From Fimbriimonadales bacterium (GTDB taxonomy: Bacteria; Armatimonadota; Fimbriimonadia; Fimbriimonadales; ATM1), in NCBI GenBank assembly GCA_041744215.1, contig JBGTLG010000015.1, forward strand, positions 128,001-192,000: DNA of 64,000 nucleotides. The letters are read 5' to 3'. Of the stretch, positions 36,740 through 45,998 are shown piece by piece. Below the pieces are notes generated by a model that worked only from the letters and a program-made list of their open reading frames with translations, ran no database searches and was not told the DNA's origin. How positions within the stretch are numbered: position 1 is the stretch's first letter; each line of letters opens with the position of its first letter. The position numbers were made by a program, and so were the translations under genes.

Positions 36740-39358
36740 TCATGCGGCAGAGTTCTGCTGCGCTTTAAACATCGATACCCTGGTTATAATCTCTGCGAGC
36801 CGATCCCCTCGAACCGGCTTGATAAAAGCGCCATCGAACCCGACCCCCCCGTTCAGCTCTCTAGTAACGGCCTGGTCGTGCGCGGTCATCGCGTAAATCG
36901 GCAATGCTGGCCCAATCCCGCTGGCACGAATTCGTCTCATCGCCTCCAATCCGTCCATTACAGGCATCTCAATGTCCATAAAGACCAGATCAAACCGGCC
37001 TGTCGCAGCCAACTCAACCGCTTCTTCGCCATTCTCTGCGAACTCAACTGTATGACCTAGACGCTCTAGCATATGGCCAGCAACCCGCCGGTTTGTACGG
37101 TTATCATCAGCCACTAGGACGTGCAATTCCTCGAAACCGAGGTCTGCGGGGACCTGGTGTGCCCTGTCTGCTAAAGTTGGTGCAAACGAACTAATCGCCT
37201 GTCGCAAGTCATCGAATCTAACTGGCTTCCAGACAACCCTTGCGTTCAGATGATCCACAACTGAGCGGTCACTTGAGAGAGGAAGCAAAGCGACGATCTT
37301 TCTCGCCGATATGTCGTAGCTTTCCTGAAACTCGGCAATCACCTCTCCGTCCGCGATTACAAGTGCCTCAATTGGAAGACAGCCGTACCGCTCAATGTAC
37401 GCCGCCACGCTGGCCGCATCGCTGACCACAACACCCATCGCCGACAAGTACTTTCGAACAATGGAACGGCCTTGCGCGTTCTTCCAAATGACTGCTGCAC
37501 ACAACCCGGAAGTGCCGAACGCGTCTTTGGTAGCGTCCGCATTAGCTGTTCCCCAATGAACAGGCACGCGTGCGAAGAATGACGTGCCTTCCCCAACAGA
37601 ACTCTGCACTTCTAGGGTGCCACCCATACATTCAATGAGCTGCTTTGAGATTGTAAGCCCGAGACCAGTTCCCCCAAACCGACGAGTTGTCGATGCATCA
37701 GCCTGCGAGAAGCTGTCGAAGACACTGACCAACCGATCAACTGGAATGCCGATGCCCGTGTCGTGAACGCTCAACTCCAGAGTCGCCCCACCTATGGCCG
37801 TCTCCTCAAGGCGGGTCTCAACCCAAATCTCGCCTGACTCGGTGAACTTTATCGCGTTACCAAGTAAGTTCAAGAGCACTTGGCGCAAGCGGAGAGGATC
37901 GCCCAGCAACAGCCGGTTTACGTCAACCGGCACCTCACATACCAACTCCAAACCTTTTTGATGGGCTGCAGGTGCAAGCAGTGATGTCGCACCCTCAACG
38001 AGCTCATTAAGATCGAACTCCATTTCTTCTATCCGAATGGCATTTGCTTCAAGTTTAGAATGATCCAGTATGTCGTTGATCATGCCGACCAATAAGTCCG
38101 CGCTCTCCCTAATCGTGTTGAGGCACTCCAGCTGTCGCTCGTCAAGAGAAGTCGACAGCAAAATCTCTGACATCCCGATAATCCCATTCATCGGAGTCCG
38201 AATCTCGTGACTCATTGTTGCCAGGAACGCGCTCTTCAGCCGCGATGCGTTCAGTGCTTCGTCTCGCGCAGTTGAAAGCTCCTTGTCCGAGTGCGCCCTA
38301 TCGATGGCTATAGCCGACAGCTGAACTACGATTGCTTCGAGGTGCCCTAACAGATTCATGTCTGGCGGTACGCCCTCCCCAGTAGTGACGACCCAGCCGA
38401 CAACCGCCCCGGATCGGTCCCACACCGGCGCGCGCAGCCATGCGCCTTCGTGACCAGGCGCCGTTTCGCTCGGATAGATGTGCCAAGTCGACCCAGGTAG
38501 ATGCTCTGCCGCGATCAGCGCTATCGACTCCAACACTTCATCCAAGGGCGCGTTGCGCGCAACCATCTCCAGAACTTCTTTCTGCGCGGAGATAATCTCG
38601 AAACTTCTCGCAGCCTCAGCCTCGGCGCGAGCGATCCTGCCAAATCCGATAAACGTTGCCACCCCCGCGAGAAGGGCGATCGCCATTGCGAGCGCAAGGC
38701 CGATGTACCACGCAGTGCGAATTCCCGCCAGTCGCCCGACGAAGTCTTCGACAGTCAGGTCCACACCGACGACACAGGCGACGTCCCCATTTGCGTCGAA
38801 AACGGGAGCATACGCACTCATGAACGTGCCCCATCGATCACGGTAGGGCCTTGAGTCCGCTGAAGCGAGCCCAGAAGCGAGGGCTCGAAGCAGCTCGGGC
38901 GAAGCCTCCGGATAATGCTCGAGCGGATAGGATTTGTCATCGATGCCGTCCTCGTCTGAATCTCCCGGCTCTGCGGCATCGAGCACAAAGTGCACCTGAT
39001 CTCCAATCAAAATGCAGGTGTAGATGTAGGCAATCTCGGCATCAGAGTCACGGATTTCTCGCAGTTTCGCCACCGCCTGCTCGTACTCAGGCGACTCGTG
39101 AGCATCGGGGGACTCCAGCGTAAGATGGACTCTTGGGTCAACTCGTGTTGCTGCGGCCTTTGCGCTTCGGATGAGTCCCTGCTGGACTTCTTGAGTTACC
39201 GCATTCGAGCCGAGGAGGTATAGGACTGTGGCGACGCACGCGGAGGCTGACAGCAGAACAAATGCTGCCAGCATGCCTGCGATAATCGGTCGCATGCGCG
39301 GCTTACCGAATCGGTCCCGAAACCTCATAAGCAAAGGGCAACTACAAAGCGCGCCCAT
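36740..39358 (-). CDS. Membrane hybrid sensor histidine kinase (periplasmic Cache-like, HisKA, HATPase, 2 REC); start uncertain
   Basis: FLATMSHEIRTPMNG, NLLGNAIKFT, DTGIGI, GGTGLGL; second REC intact (DDN, MDIEMP, KP), first REC degenerate. Confidence 0.93.
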   Translation of the reverse strand: MGALCSCPLLMRFRDRFGKPRMRPIIAGMLAAFVLLSASACVATVLYLLGSNAVTQEVQQGLIRSAKAAATRVDPRVHLTLESPDAHESPEYEQAVAKLREIRDSDAEIAYIYTCILIGDQVHFVLDAAEPGDSDEDGIDDKSYPLEHYPEASPELLRALASGLASADSRPYRDRWGTFMSAYAPVFDANGDVACVVGVDLTVEDFVGRLAGIRTAWYIGLALAMAIALLAGVATFIGFGRIARAEAEAARSFEIISAQKEVLEMVARNAPLDEVLESIALIAAEHLPGSTWHIYPSETAPGHEGAWLRAPVWDRSGAVVGWVVTTGEGVPPDMNLLGHLEAIVVQLSAIAIDRAHSDKELSTARDEALNASRLKSAFLATMSHEIRTPMNGIIGMSEILLSTSLDERQLECLNTIRESADLLVGMINDILDHSKLEANAIRIEEMEFDLNELVEGATSLLAPAAHQKGLELVCEVPVDVNRLLLGDPLRLRQVLLNLLGNAIKFTESGEIWVETRLEETAIGGATLELSVHDTGIGIPVDRLVSVFDSFSQADASTTRRFGGTGLGLTISKQLIECMGGTLEVQSSVGEGTSFFARVPVHWGTANADATKDAFGTSGLCAAVIWKNAQGRSIVRKYLSAMGVVVSDAASVAAYIERYGCLPIEALVIADGEVIAEFQESYDISARKIVALLPLSSDRSVVDHLNARVVWKPVRFDDLRQAISSFAPTLADRAHQVPADLGFEELHVLVADDNRTNRRVAGHMLERLGHTVEFAENGEEAVELAATGRFDLVFMDIEMPVMDGLEAMRRIRASGIGPALPIYAMTAHDQAVTRELNGGVGFDGAFIKPVRGDRLAEIITRVSMFKAQQNSAA

Positions 39359-39363
39359 TCGGG

Positions 39364-39372
39364 ATTATCGGC
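39364..39372 (-). promoter_or_regulatory. sigma28-like -10 element upstream of the hybrid kinase
   Basis: GCCGATAAT 5 nt before ATG 39358; CTAAAG 8 nt further upstream. Confidence 0.45.
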
Positions 39373-39419
39373 AGGGCAACCTTTAGAAGGGAGGTCACCC
39401 CGACTGATAAGCTCTCGGC

Positions 39420-40961
39420 CTAAAGTTGAGTTGAGAGACCTTGGGCCATCACAATCTCGCGTGCGTGGTTCACGGTGAAGGCCGTTCTGTGCGTTACCGC
39501 GTCAAGCAAACCTTCGGCGGAAGGATGGCCGTTGCCGGAGTTCTTAACGCCGCCAAACGGGAGGTGGACTTCCGCGCCAATTGACGGCAAATTGACGTAC
39601 CCCAGGCCATAGTCCGCATTGTCTCGAACATAGCGCCACTTGCGGTAGTCCTCAGTCACGACAGCCATGGCTAGGCCGTAGTCCGTGTCATTGTAGATAT
39701 CGACGGCCTGTTCGACGCCGTCAACAGGAATAATTGCGACGTGCGGGCTAAAGGCCTCTTCGCGTAGGCAGAAAGTGTTGGGCCGGTACTCCATGCGATA
39801 AACAAAGGGCTCGACAAAGTGGCCGTTTGCGTACTCTCCGTCGGTCAATGCTCCACCATCGCGAAGAACAGTCGCACCCTCCTCGACAGCCTTCTGATTG
39901 TGATGTAGGAACTTCTGAACGCTCTCCTGGGTGATCAGGGGGCCCATAAAGACGTCTTCGTTCAATCCGTCGCCGATCTTTATTCGGTCAACCATCGCGA
40001 GGAACTGCTCCTGAAACTGATCTACCAGCTTCCTATCCACGATCAAGCGGTTCGATGTTACACACCGCTGGCCGCTCGTTTTGAAGGCACTTAGCAGAGC
40101 CGCGGGAACCGCAATGTTGAGATCTGCATCATCCAAAATCAGGACGGCGTTCTTCCCCCCCATTTCCGTTGCCACGAACTTGTGGGCCTCTGAGGCGGCT
40201 TGCCGCTGGACTATCTTGCCGACCTGATAGCTCCCGGTGAACAGCACAACGTCCACATCTGGGTGTGCCACTAGAGGCGCGCCGGCGGACTCACCTTGGC
40301 CATGAACGATGTTGATAACACCCGGTGGGAACCCAGCTTCAACCATGAGCCGGAACAGGTAATCCGCGCAAATCGGGGTTTCCTCGCTGGGTTTAAGGAC
40401 GACGGTGTTCCCCGCAATGAGTGATGGCGTCATTTCCCACAGGGGGATCGCCATTGGGAAATTCCACGGACTGATGCAAGCAACGACGCCCTTCGGTTTC
40501 CGGCGGATGTACGCATCTTTCTCTGGGATCTCGCTGCTGATGCAGTCGCCGATAGGGAGCCTTCCAAGGGCAGCCGCGAACTGAACCATGTGCAGCGACT
40601 CGATGACGTCGGCACGCCCCTCATTGATCGGCTTTCCGCATTCGCGGGTCACCAGCCGGCTCATCGCTTCAACGTCTCGCTTGATCAGCTGTGCGAAATT
40701 GTCAAGGATCTCGCCCCTGCGCACCCAGCTGAGCTTGCTCCAGGACGGGAAAGCTGCCCCGGCGGCTTCGACCGCTGCACTCACGTCCTTCTCATCCGAA
40801 TCGGGAGCACTCCCTACCACTTCCTTCATGTTTGCGGGATTTACCGAGTCAAATCGCTTCCCCGATGCGGCGTCTCTCCACTCGCCGTTGATCAGGTTCT
40901 TTGCTTCTCGGGGACCCTGCATTTCGCTCTCCTTCTCGCCAAGCTGCGTCATCGTTGCCAT
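39420..40961 (-). CDS. Aldehyde dehydrogenase family protein (alternative start 40922)
   Basis: PWNFP, KPSE, FTGS, EMGGKN, SGQRC, EEAF.P. Confidence 0.93.
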   Translation of the reverse strand: MATMTQLGEKESEMQGPREAKNLINGEWRDAASGKRFDSVNPANMKEVVGSAPDSDEKDVSAAVEAAGAAFPSWSKLSWVRRGEILDNFAQLIKRDVEAMSRLVTRECGKPINEGRADVIESLHMVQFAAALGRLPIGDCISSEIPEKDAYIRRKPKGVVACISPWNFPMAIPLWEMTPSLIAGNTVVLKPSEETPICADYLFRLMVEAGFPPGVINIVHGQGESAGAPLVAHPDVDVVLFTGSYQVGKIVQRQAASEAHKFVATEMGGKNAVLILDDADLNIAVPAALLSAFKTSGQRCVTSNRLIVDRKLVDQFQEQFLAMVDRIKIGDGLNEDVFMGPLITQESVQKFLHHNQKAVEEGATVLRDGGALTDGEYANGHFVEPFVYRMEYRPNTFCLREEAFSPHVAIIPVDGVEQAVDIYNDTDYGLAMAVVTEDYRKWRYVRDNADYGLGYVNLPSIGAEVHLPFGGVKNSGNGHPSAEGLLDAVTHRTAFTVNHAREIVMAQGLSTQL

Positions 40962-41015
40962 GGGAGTAGGATACCTTTCGGAAACCTCTGGCGGCCGTTC
41001 GGCGTAATGGTACAC

Positions 41016-41363
41016 ATGAATCGCTTCTTGCTTGGCTCCCTGTTTGCTCTGTCCATCGGTGCACTGGGTTGCACCCCTCAAGTTGAGCCGCAAGCAACGG
41101 GTGAAGGCAGCGGTGTCACGACGTCGGACGAGGGCTACACAGTGACGAAGAAGCCCCTCAACAGAGAGATCGTCCCGGTCTACCCAGACCCGGCAGACCC
41201 AAAGACCGTCGAGGCACCAACCCAAAGTAGCTACGACACGCCGTACCGCCCCGACACGAAGGGGGGAGAACCAGCGCCGCCGAAGGCATCAAAGTTCAAG
41301 CCGATGGAGGCGAAGCCGGCTGACCAGGCCCGCAAGCCGGATCCGGTGAAGCCAGGCCGATAG
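41016..41363 (+). CDS. Pro-rich lipoprotein
   Basis: MNRFLLGSLFALSIGALG-C lipobox. Confidence 0.7.
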   Translation: MNRFLLGSLFALSIGALGCTPQVEPQATGEGSGVTTSDEGYTVTKKPLNREIVPVYPDPADPKTVEAPTQSSYDTPYRPDTKGGEPAPPKASKFKPMEAKPADQARKPDPVKPGR

Positions 41364-41419
41364 CCAAGTTACGACGGCGGTTCCTGGCCTAGTTGCCGAA
41401 GTTGTGTAGGCTGTGGAGA

Positions 41420-42544
41420 ATGCCCCATGTACTCAGGTGCTTCCTCTGCGAGGCGCCGCACGATCCGAACTCCCTGCAAACGACTTGCTCGAAATGCGGA
41501 AAGCCGCTACGCGTGGATCTCGATCTCGCTGGACTTCGGCCCGAATCAATCGACGGCTCTCGCGCGGATCTCTGGAGGTACGCACGCTTTCTGCCCTGTG
41601 CGCCCGCCGTCTCGCTAGGTGAAGGCTGGACGCCCCTCCGTCATACGTCGACACTTGGAGATGGTGTCTGGCTCAAAGACGAAGGCGTAAATCCTACGGC
41701 AAGCTTCAAGGCTCGGGGGATGGCTGTTGCCGTAGCTATGGCGAAGAGCCTCGGTGCCACCGAACTCGCAGTGCCCAGTGCAGGCAACGCTGGAGGAGCA
41801 ATGTCGGCGTACGCGGCGGCGCACGGGATGGTCGCTCATGTCTTCATGCCGGCGGACACTCCCTCAGCCTGTGTGATTGAGTGCAAGGCCCTCGGGGCCA
41901 ATGTCATCTTGATCGACGGCCTCATCACGGATTGCGCTGCCGAGATTCAAAGGCAGATCGGAGAAGGCGCACCATGGTTCGATATGAGCACGCTCAAGGA
42001 GCCGTATCGAGTGGAGGGTAAGAAGACGATGGGCTACGAGCTCTTCGAACAACTCGGCCGATTGCCTGACGCGATCATTTATCCGACAGGTGGCGGTACA
42101 GGCCTGGTCGGTATGTGGAAGGCATTCGGAGAAATGGAGCAGTTGGGTTGGATATCCAGCGACCGCCCTAAGATGATCTCGGTGCAGACAGAAGGCTGCT
42201 GTCCGCTCGTGAACGCGTTTATGCTCGGTGAGCGGTTCGCGATCGAGCACCAGAACGCCCAGACGGTTGCCTCGGGGCTCCGCGTCCCGCGTGCGATCGG
42301 AGACTTCATCATTCTTGACCTGATTCGCGCCTCGGGGGGCACCGCAATCGCCATCCCGGACGACGAGATGATTCGGACTGCGAAGGAGATCGGACGATCT
42401 ACGGGGGTATTCGCGTGCCCGGAGGGCGGAGCTACTCTTGCCGCGTACCGTCGATTGATCGGCTCGGGATTTCTCTCGTCCGGCGAGACGGTCGTTCTGT
42501 TCAACACGGGTAGCGGGACGAAGTACTTGGAAGCGATGGGCTAG
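41420..42544 (+). CDS. thrC: Threonine synthase family PLP enzyme
   Basis: N-terminal CxxC..CxxC, LGEG.TPL, NPTASFKARG, SAGNAG, PTGGG. Confidence 0.85.
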   Translation: MPHVLRCFLCEAPHDPNSLQTTCSKCGKPLRVDLDLAGLRPESIDGSRADLWRYARFLPCAPAVSLGEGWTPLRHTSTLGDGVWLKDEGVNPTASFKARGMAVAVAMAKSLGATELAVPSAGNAGGAMSAYAAAHGMVAHVFMPADTPSACVIECKALGANVILIDGLITDCAAEIQRQIGEGAPWFDMSTLKEPYRVEGKKTMGYELFEQLGRLPDAIIYPTGGGTGLVGMWKAFGEMEQLGWISSDRPKMISVQTEGCCPLVNAFMLGERFAIEHQNAQTVASGLRVPRAIGDFIILDLIRASGGTAIAIPDDEMIRTAKEIGRSTGVFACPEGGATLAAYRRLIGSGFLSSGETVVLFNTGSGTKYLEAMG

Positions 42545-42793
42545 GGGATTCACGTCTCGCCGAGGGGAGCAGGCCGGACGCTCGCCTCACGTTCAACTCA
42601 GTGATAGGGCTGACACCTTCCCGAGTCATAAAAGCCAGCAAATATACCTGTGTCCCTAGTATTCCCAACAGGAATAACCCCCGCAGAGTTAGCAGGGCCG
42701 GTTAGGTCAGGCGCTCCCGACCGGAACGGCTGAAACGGATTTTGGCCCTCAGGACGGACACCACTACCGAATAAGTCAAGGAGGATTGAAGCG

Positions 42794-44230
42794 ATGTCAT
42801 TTCGCGTCAACACAAACCTCGGAGCGATAAACGCGCTCCGGAATCTGAACATGACCGGCCTGGAGTTTGGAAAGTCAGTCACTCGGCTCTCCACCGGCTT
42901 GCGAATCACAACCGCAGCCGACGACCCGGCAGGGCTCATCATCTCGGAAAACTTTCGCGCCCAAATCGCGTCCCTGGATCAAGCGGTCCAGAACAACCAG
43001 GATGCGATCAATTATGCCAAGACGGCAGAAGGCGCACTTGACGAAGTCAGCCGGCTATTGAAGGATGCACGCAAGCTCGCGATCGCATCCGGAAACACCG
43101 GCGCCCTGGACGCAACAGCGATTCAGGCTAACCAAACTCAGCTTCAGTCGATCCTATCGTCGATCGACCGAATCGCTTTGCAAACGCAGTTCGGCAACAA
43201 GAAGCTCCTCGACGGCTCAGCGGGTATCACTACCTCGGTGACGAACGCGCAAAACGTGGCTGCGATTACGATGAGCGGGACGTTTGCTGGTTTCGCCGTA
43301 AACACTAGCGGCACGGTTACAGGTGAAGTAACAACTGCGGCAACGCGAGCAGTTATAACCGGCTCGACAACGTTCGGGTCGGGACTCACCACAGTCGTCG
43401 GCGCTGGCAACTTTGTCGTGAACGGCGTTGCATTTGCGACGGACGGCACAGAGACTCTCCAGTCCGTCCTCACTCGCTTCAACAACGCGTCTTCCCAAAC
43501 TGGAGTCACGTTCGACTACAACGGCACGAACGTCGTCTTGACGTCAAATGGCTGGGGCTCCAACGCGAAGATCTCGTTCACAGATACGGCCGGGCGGATC
43601 ATTGCGGCGGGCAACCAAACTGCCGCTGGTACGGACGCAATCGCGACCGTCACGGTAACCACCGCGAATGGCGTGGTTTCATCCACGTTCAGCGGCGGTC
43701 GAAATGGTGACAGCGGACTGCGGCTAACCGACATCTATGGGAACTCTCTGCTTCTGACCGAAGCTGGCAACGCAACTGGCGCAGCAGCAGCGATAGGTCG
43801 GATCGAGGCGGGATCTGCCCAGTTCCAGGTTGGCGCGAACGCGGGACAGACGGTCAGCCTTTCACTAGCGAACATGCTGACGAGTCAACTTGGAGCCGGT
43901 GTCATAGCCGGCGAGACGTTGGCAACGATAAATGTCACGTCCGCCACAGGCGCAGAGAACTCGATCCGAGTAATCGACGCGGCCATCACACAGGTCACCA
44001 AGATTCGAGGCGAGATCGGCTCCTTCCAGAGAAACGTTCTCGAATCGAATGTCAGATCGTTGGGCGTGGCCCGCGAAAATCTGACCGCGACAGAATCGAC
44101 GATTCGCGACGCCGACATGGCGAGCGAGATCACCAACTTCACACGTCTGCAGATTCTTCAACAAGGCGGCCTCGCCGTCCTCAGTCAAGCTAATGCAGCG
44201 CCCCAAGCAGTACTCAGTCTTTTGAGGTAG
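42794..44230 (+). CDS. fliC: Flagellin (copy 1)
   Basis: RLSTGLRI..AADDPAGL, T.FG.KKLLDG, FQVGAN, IRDADMA.E, LSQAN..PQ.VLSLL. Confidence 0.95.
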   Translation: MSFRVNTNLGAINALRNLNMTGLEFGKSVTRLSTGLRITTAADDPAGLIISENFRAQIASLDQAVQNNQDAINYAKTAEGALDEVSRLLKDARKLAIASGNTGALDATAIQANQTQLQSILSSIDRIALQTQFGNKKLLDGSAGITTSVTNAQNVAAITMSGTFAGFAVNTSGTVTGEVTTAATRAVITGSTTFGSGLTTVVGAGNFVVNGVAFATDGTETLQSVLTRFNNASSQTGVTFDYNGTNVVLTSNGWGSNAKISFTDTAGRIIAAGNQTAAGTDAIATVTVTTANGVVSSTFSGGRNGDSGLRLTDIYGNSLLLTEAGNATGAAAAIGRIEAGSAQFQVGANAGQTVSLSLANMLTSQLGAGVIAGETLATINVTSATGAENSIRVIDAAITQVTKIRGEIGSFQRNVLESNVRSLGVARENLTATESTIRDADMASEITNFTRLQILQQGGLAVLSQANAAPQAVLSLLR

Positions 44231-44249
44231 TGGCACAATAGCGGGGCAA

Positions 44250-44289
44250 GAGCGGGGCTCGCCGAAAGGCGGGCCCTGCTCGTTTCTTT
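44250..44289 (+). terminator. Intrinsic terminator after flagellin 1
   Basis: GAGCGGGGCTCGCC-gaaa-GGCGGGCCCTGCTC-gtttcttt. Confidence 0.8.
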
Positions 44290-44506
44290 GTCCTCGGTGA
44301 GAAAGCCACCATAGCATTCCCGGTATTGGTGCGAGGTGAATGCGGAACTGCCGTGTGGAAAACGTGTCACGGACGGAGACAGGTCATGGATGACCGCAGC
44401 GCTCCGTTGCCCGGAGTGCTTCTGTGAGGGTGGGCTGAGTCTACCGAGGGTTAGTGTCCTCTGAGGAAGAAGCAATTCCGGGTGACTGCAATCAAGGAGG
44501 AATCAG

Positions 44507-45943
44507 ATGTCGTTTCGTGTAAACACCAACGTTGGTGCATTGAACGCGCTGCGAAACCTGAACAGAACGGCGGCGGACTTTAACAAGTCTGTTACGCGGC
44601 TCTCAACGGGTCTTCGCATAACCACCGCAGCGGATGACCCTGCGGGCTTGATCATTTCTGAGAGCTTTCGCTCCCAGATTTCATCCATCGACCAGGCTGT
44701 CCAGAACAACCAGGACGCCATCAACTACGCTAAAACAGCCGAGGGCGCACTTGATGAAGTCAGCCGACTTCTCAACGATGCCCGAAAGCTGGCAATCGCG
44801 TCCGGTAACACCGGCACGCTTGACGCAACTGCAATCCAAGCCAACCAAACTCAGTTGGCTTCGATCCTCTCATCCATTGACAGAATCGCGAACCAAACGC
44901 AGTTTGGAAACAAAAAGCTTCTGGATGGCTCTGCCGGCATCACATCAACTGTGACGAACGCGACCAACTATGGCGCGATCAACATCGGCGGAACGTTTGG
45001 CAATTATGCCGTCAACGCAAGCGGTAACGTTACTGTAGAAGTAACGACCGCTGCTACACGCGGGGTAGTTACTGGCTCAACCACATTCGGCTCAGGGCTC
45101 GCCACGACGGTAGGAGCAGGCAGCTTCGTCGTGAACGGTGTCGCATTCTCTACTGACGGCACGGAAACTCTTCAAGGTCTGCTGACGCGCTTCAATAACG
45201 CTTCATCGCAAACCGGCGTCACGTTTGACTACAACGGCACGAACGTCGTGCTGACTACGAACGGCTATGGCACCAACGCGAAAATCTCGTTCACTGATAC
45301 AGCTGGACGGATCATCGCAGCAGGCAACCAAACTGCTGCTGGTGTGGACGCTGTCGCAACGGTAACCGTTACGACTGCAAATGGCGCGACCTCAGCGACG
45401 TTCACTGGCGGCCGGAATGGAGACAGTGGGCTCAGGCTCACGGACACCTTTGGCAACGCCGTGCTTCTGACGCAAGCTGGCAACGCGACTGGCGCGGCGG
45501 CCGTAGTCGGTCGCATAGAAGCTGGTTCGGCGCAGTTCCAGGTTGGCGCAAACGCCGGCCAGAAGGTAAGCCTGTCACTGGCGAACATGCTCTCGAGCCA
45601 ACTCGGTTCTGGCGTGGTCGCTGGCCAAACATTGGCGACTGTAAACGTGACTTCGGCCAGCGGAGCTGAAGATGCCGTGAAAGTCATTGACGCTGCAATC
45701 TCGCAAGTGTCGAAATCTCGCGGCGACATAGGTTCATTCCAGAGAAACGTACTCGAGTCGAACGTTCGATCGCTCGGCGTTGCGCGGGAAAACCTAACTG
45801 CAACAGAATCTACGATCCGCGACGTGGATATGGCGTCGGAGATCACGAACTTCACTCGGCTGCAGATCCTGCAGCAGGGCGGTCTGGCCGTGCTATCGCA
45901 GGCCAACGCATCACCGCAGTCTGTTCTCAGCCTGCTTAGATAG
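44507..45943 (+). CDS. fliC: Flagellin (copy 2)
   Basis: Same motifs; AAGGAGG SD; about 85% aa identity to copy 1 by hand count. Confidence 0.95.
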   Translation: MSFRVNTNVGALNALRNLNRTAADFNKSVTRLSTGLRITTAADDPAGLIISESFRSQISSIDQAVQNNQDAINYAKTAEGALDEVSRLLNDARKLAIASGNTGTLDATAIQANQTQLASILSSIDRIANQTQFGNKKLLDGSAGITSTVTNATNYGAINIGGTFGNYAVNASGNVTVEVTTAATRGVVTGSTTFGSGLATTVGAGSFVVNGVAFSTDGTETLQGLLTRFNNASSQTGVTFDYNGTNVVLTTNGYGTNAKISFTDTAGRIIAAGNQTAAGVDAVATVTVTTANGATSATFTGGRNGDSGLRLTDTFGNAVLLTQAGNATGAAAVVGRIEAGSAQFQVGANAGQKVSLSLANMLSSQLGSGVVAGQTLATVNVTSASGAEDAVKVIDAAISQVSKSRGDIGSFQRNVLESNVRSLGVARENLTATESTIRDVDMASEITNFTRLQILQQGGLAVLSQANASPQSVLSLLR

Positions 45944-45971
45944 TTCGACCTCCCGTAACTCGGTAGACGCA

Positions 45972-45998
45972 AGGGCCTCGGAAAGTATCCGAGGCCCT
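45972..45998. terminator. Hairpin between convergent genes
   Basis: AGGGCCTCGGA-aagta-TCCGAGGCCCT. Confidence 0.65.

Noticed and set aside
42545-42793. c-di-GMP riboswitch upstream of flagellin 1
   Set aside because: No GGCAAA..GAAA..GACGCAAA-type GEMM core found by eye.
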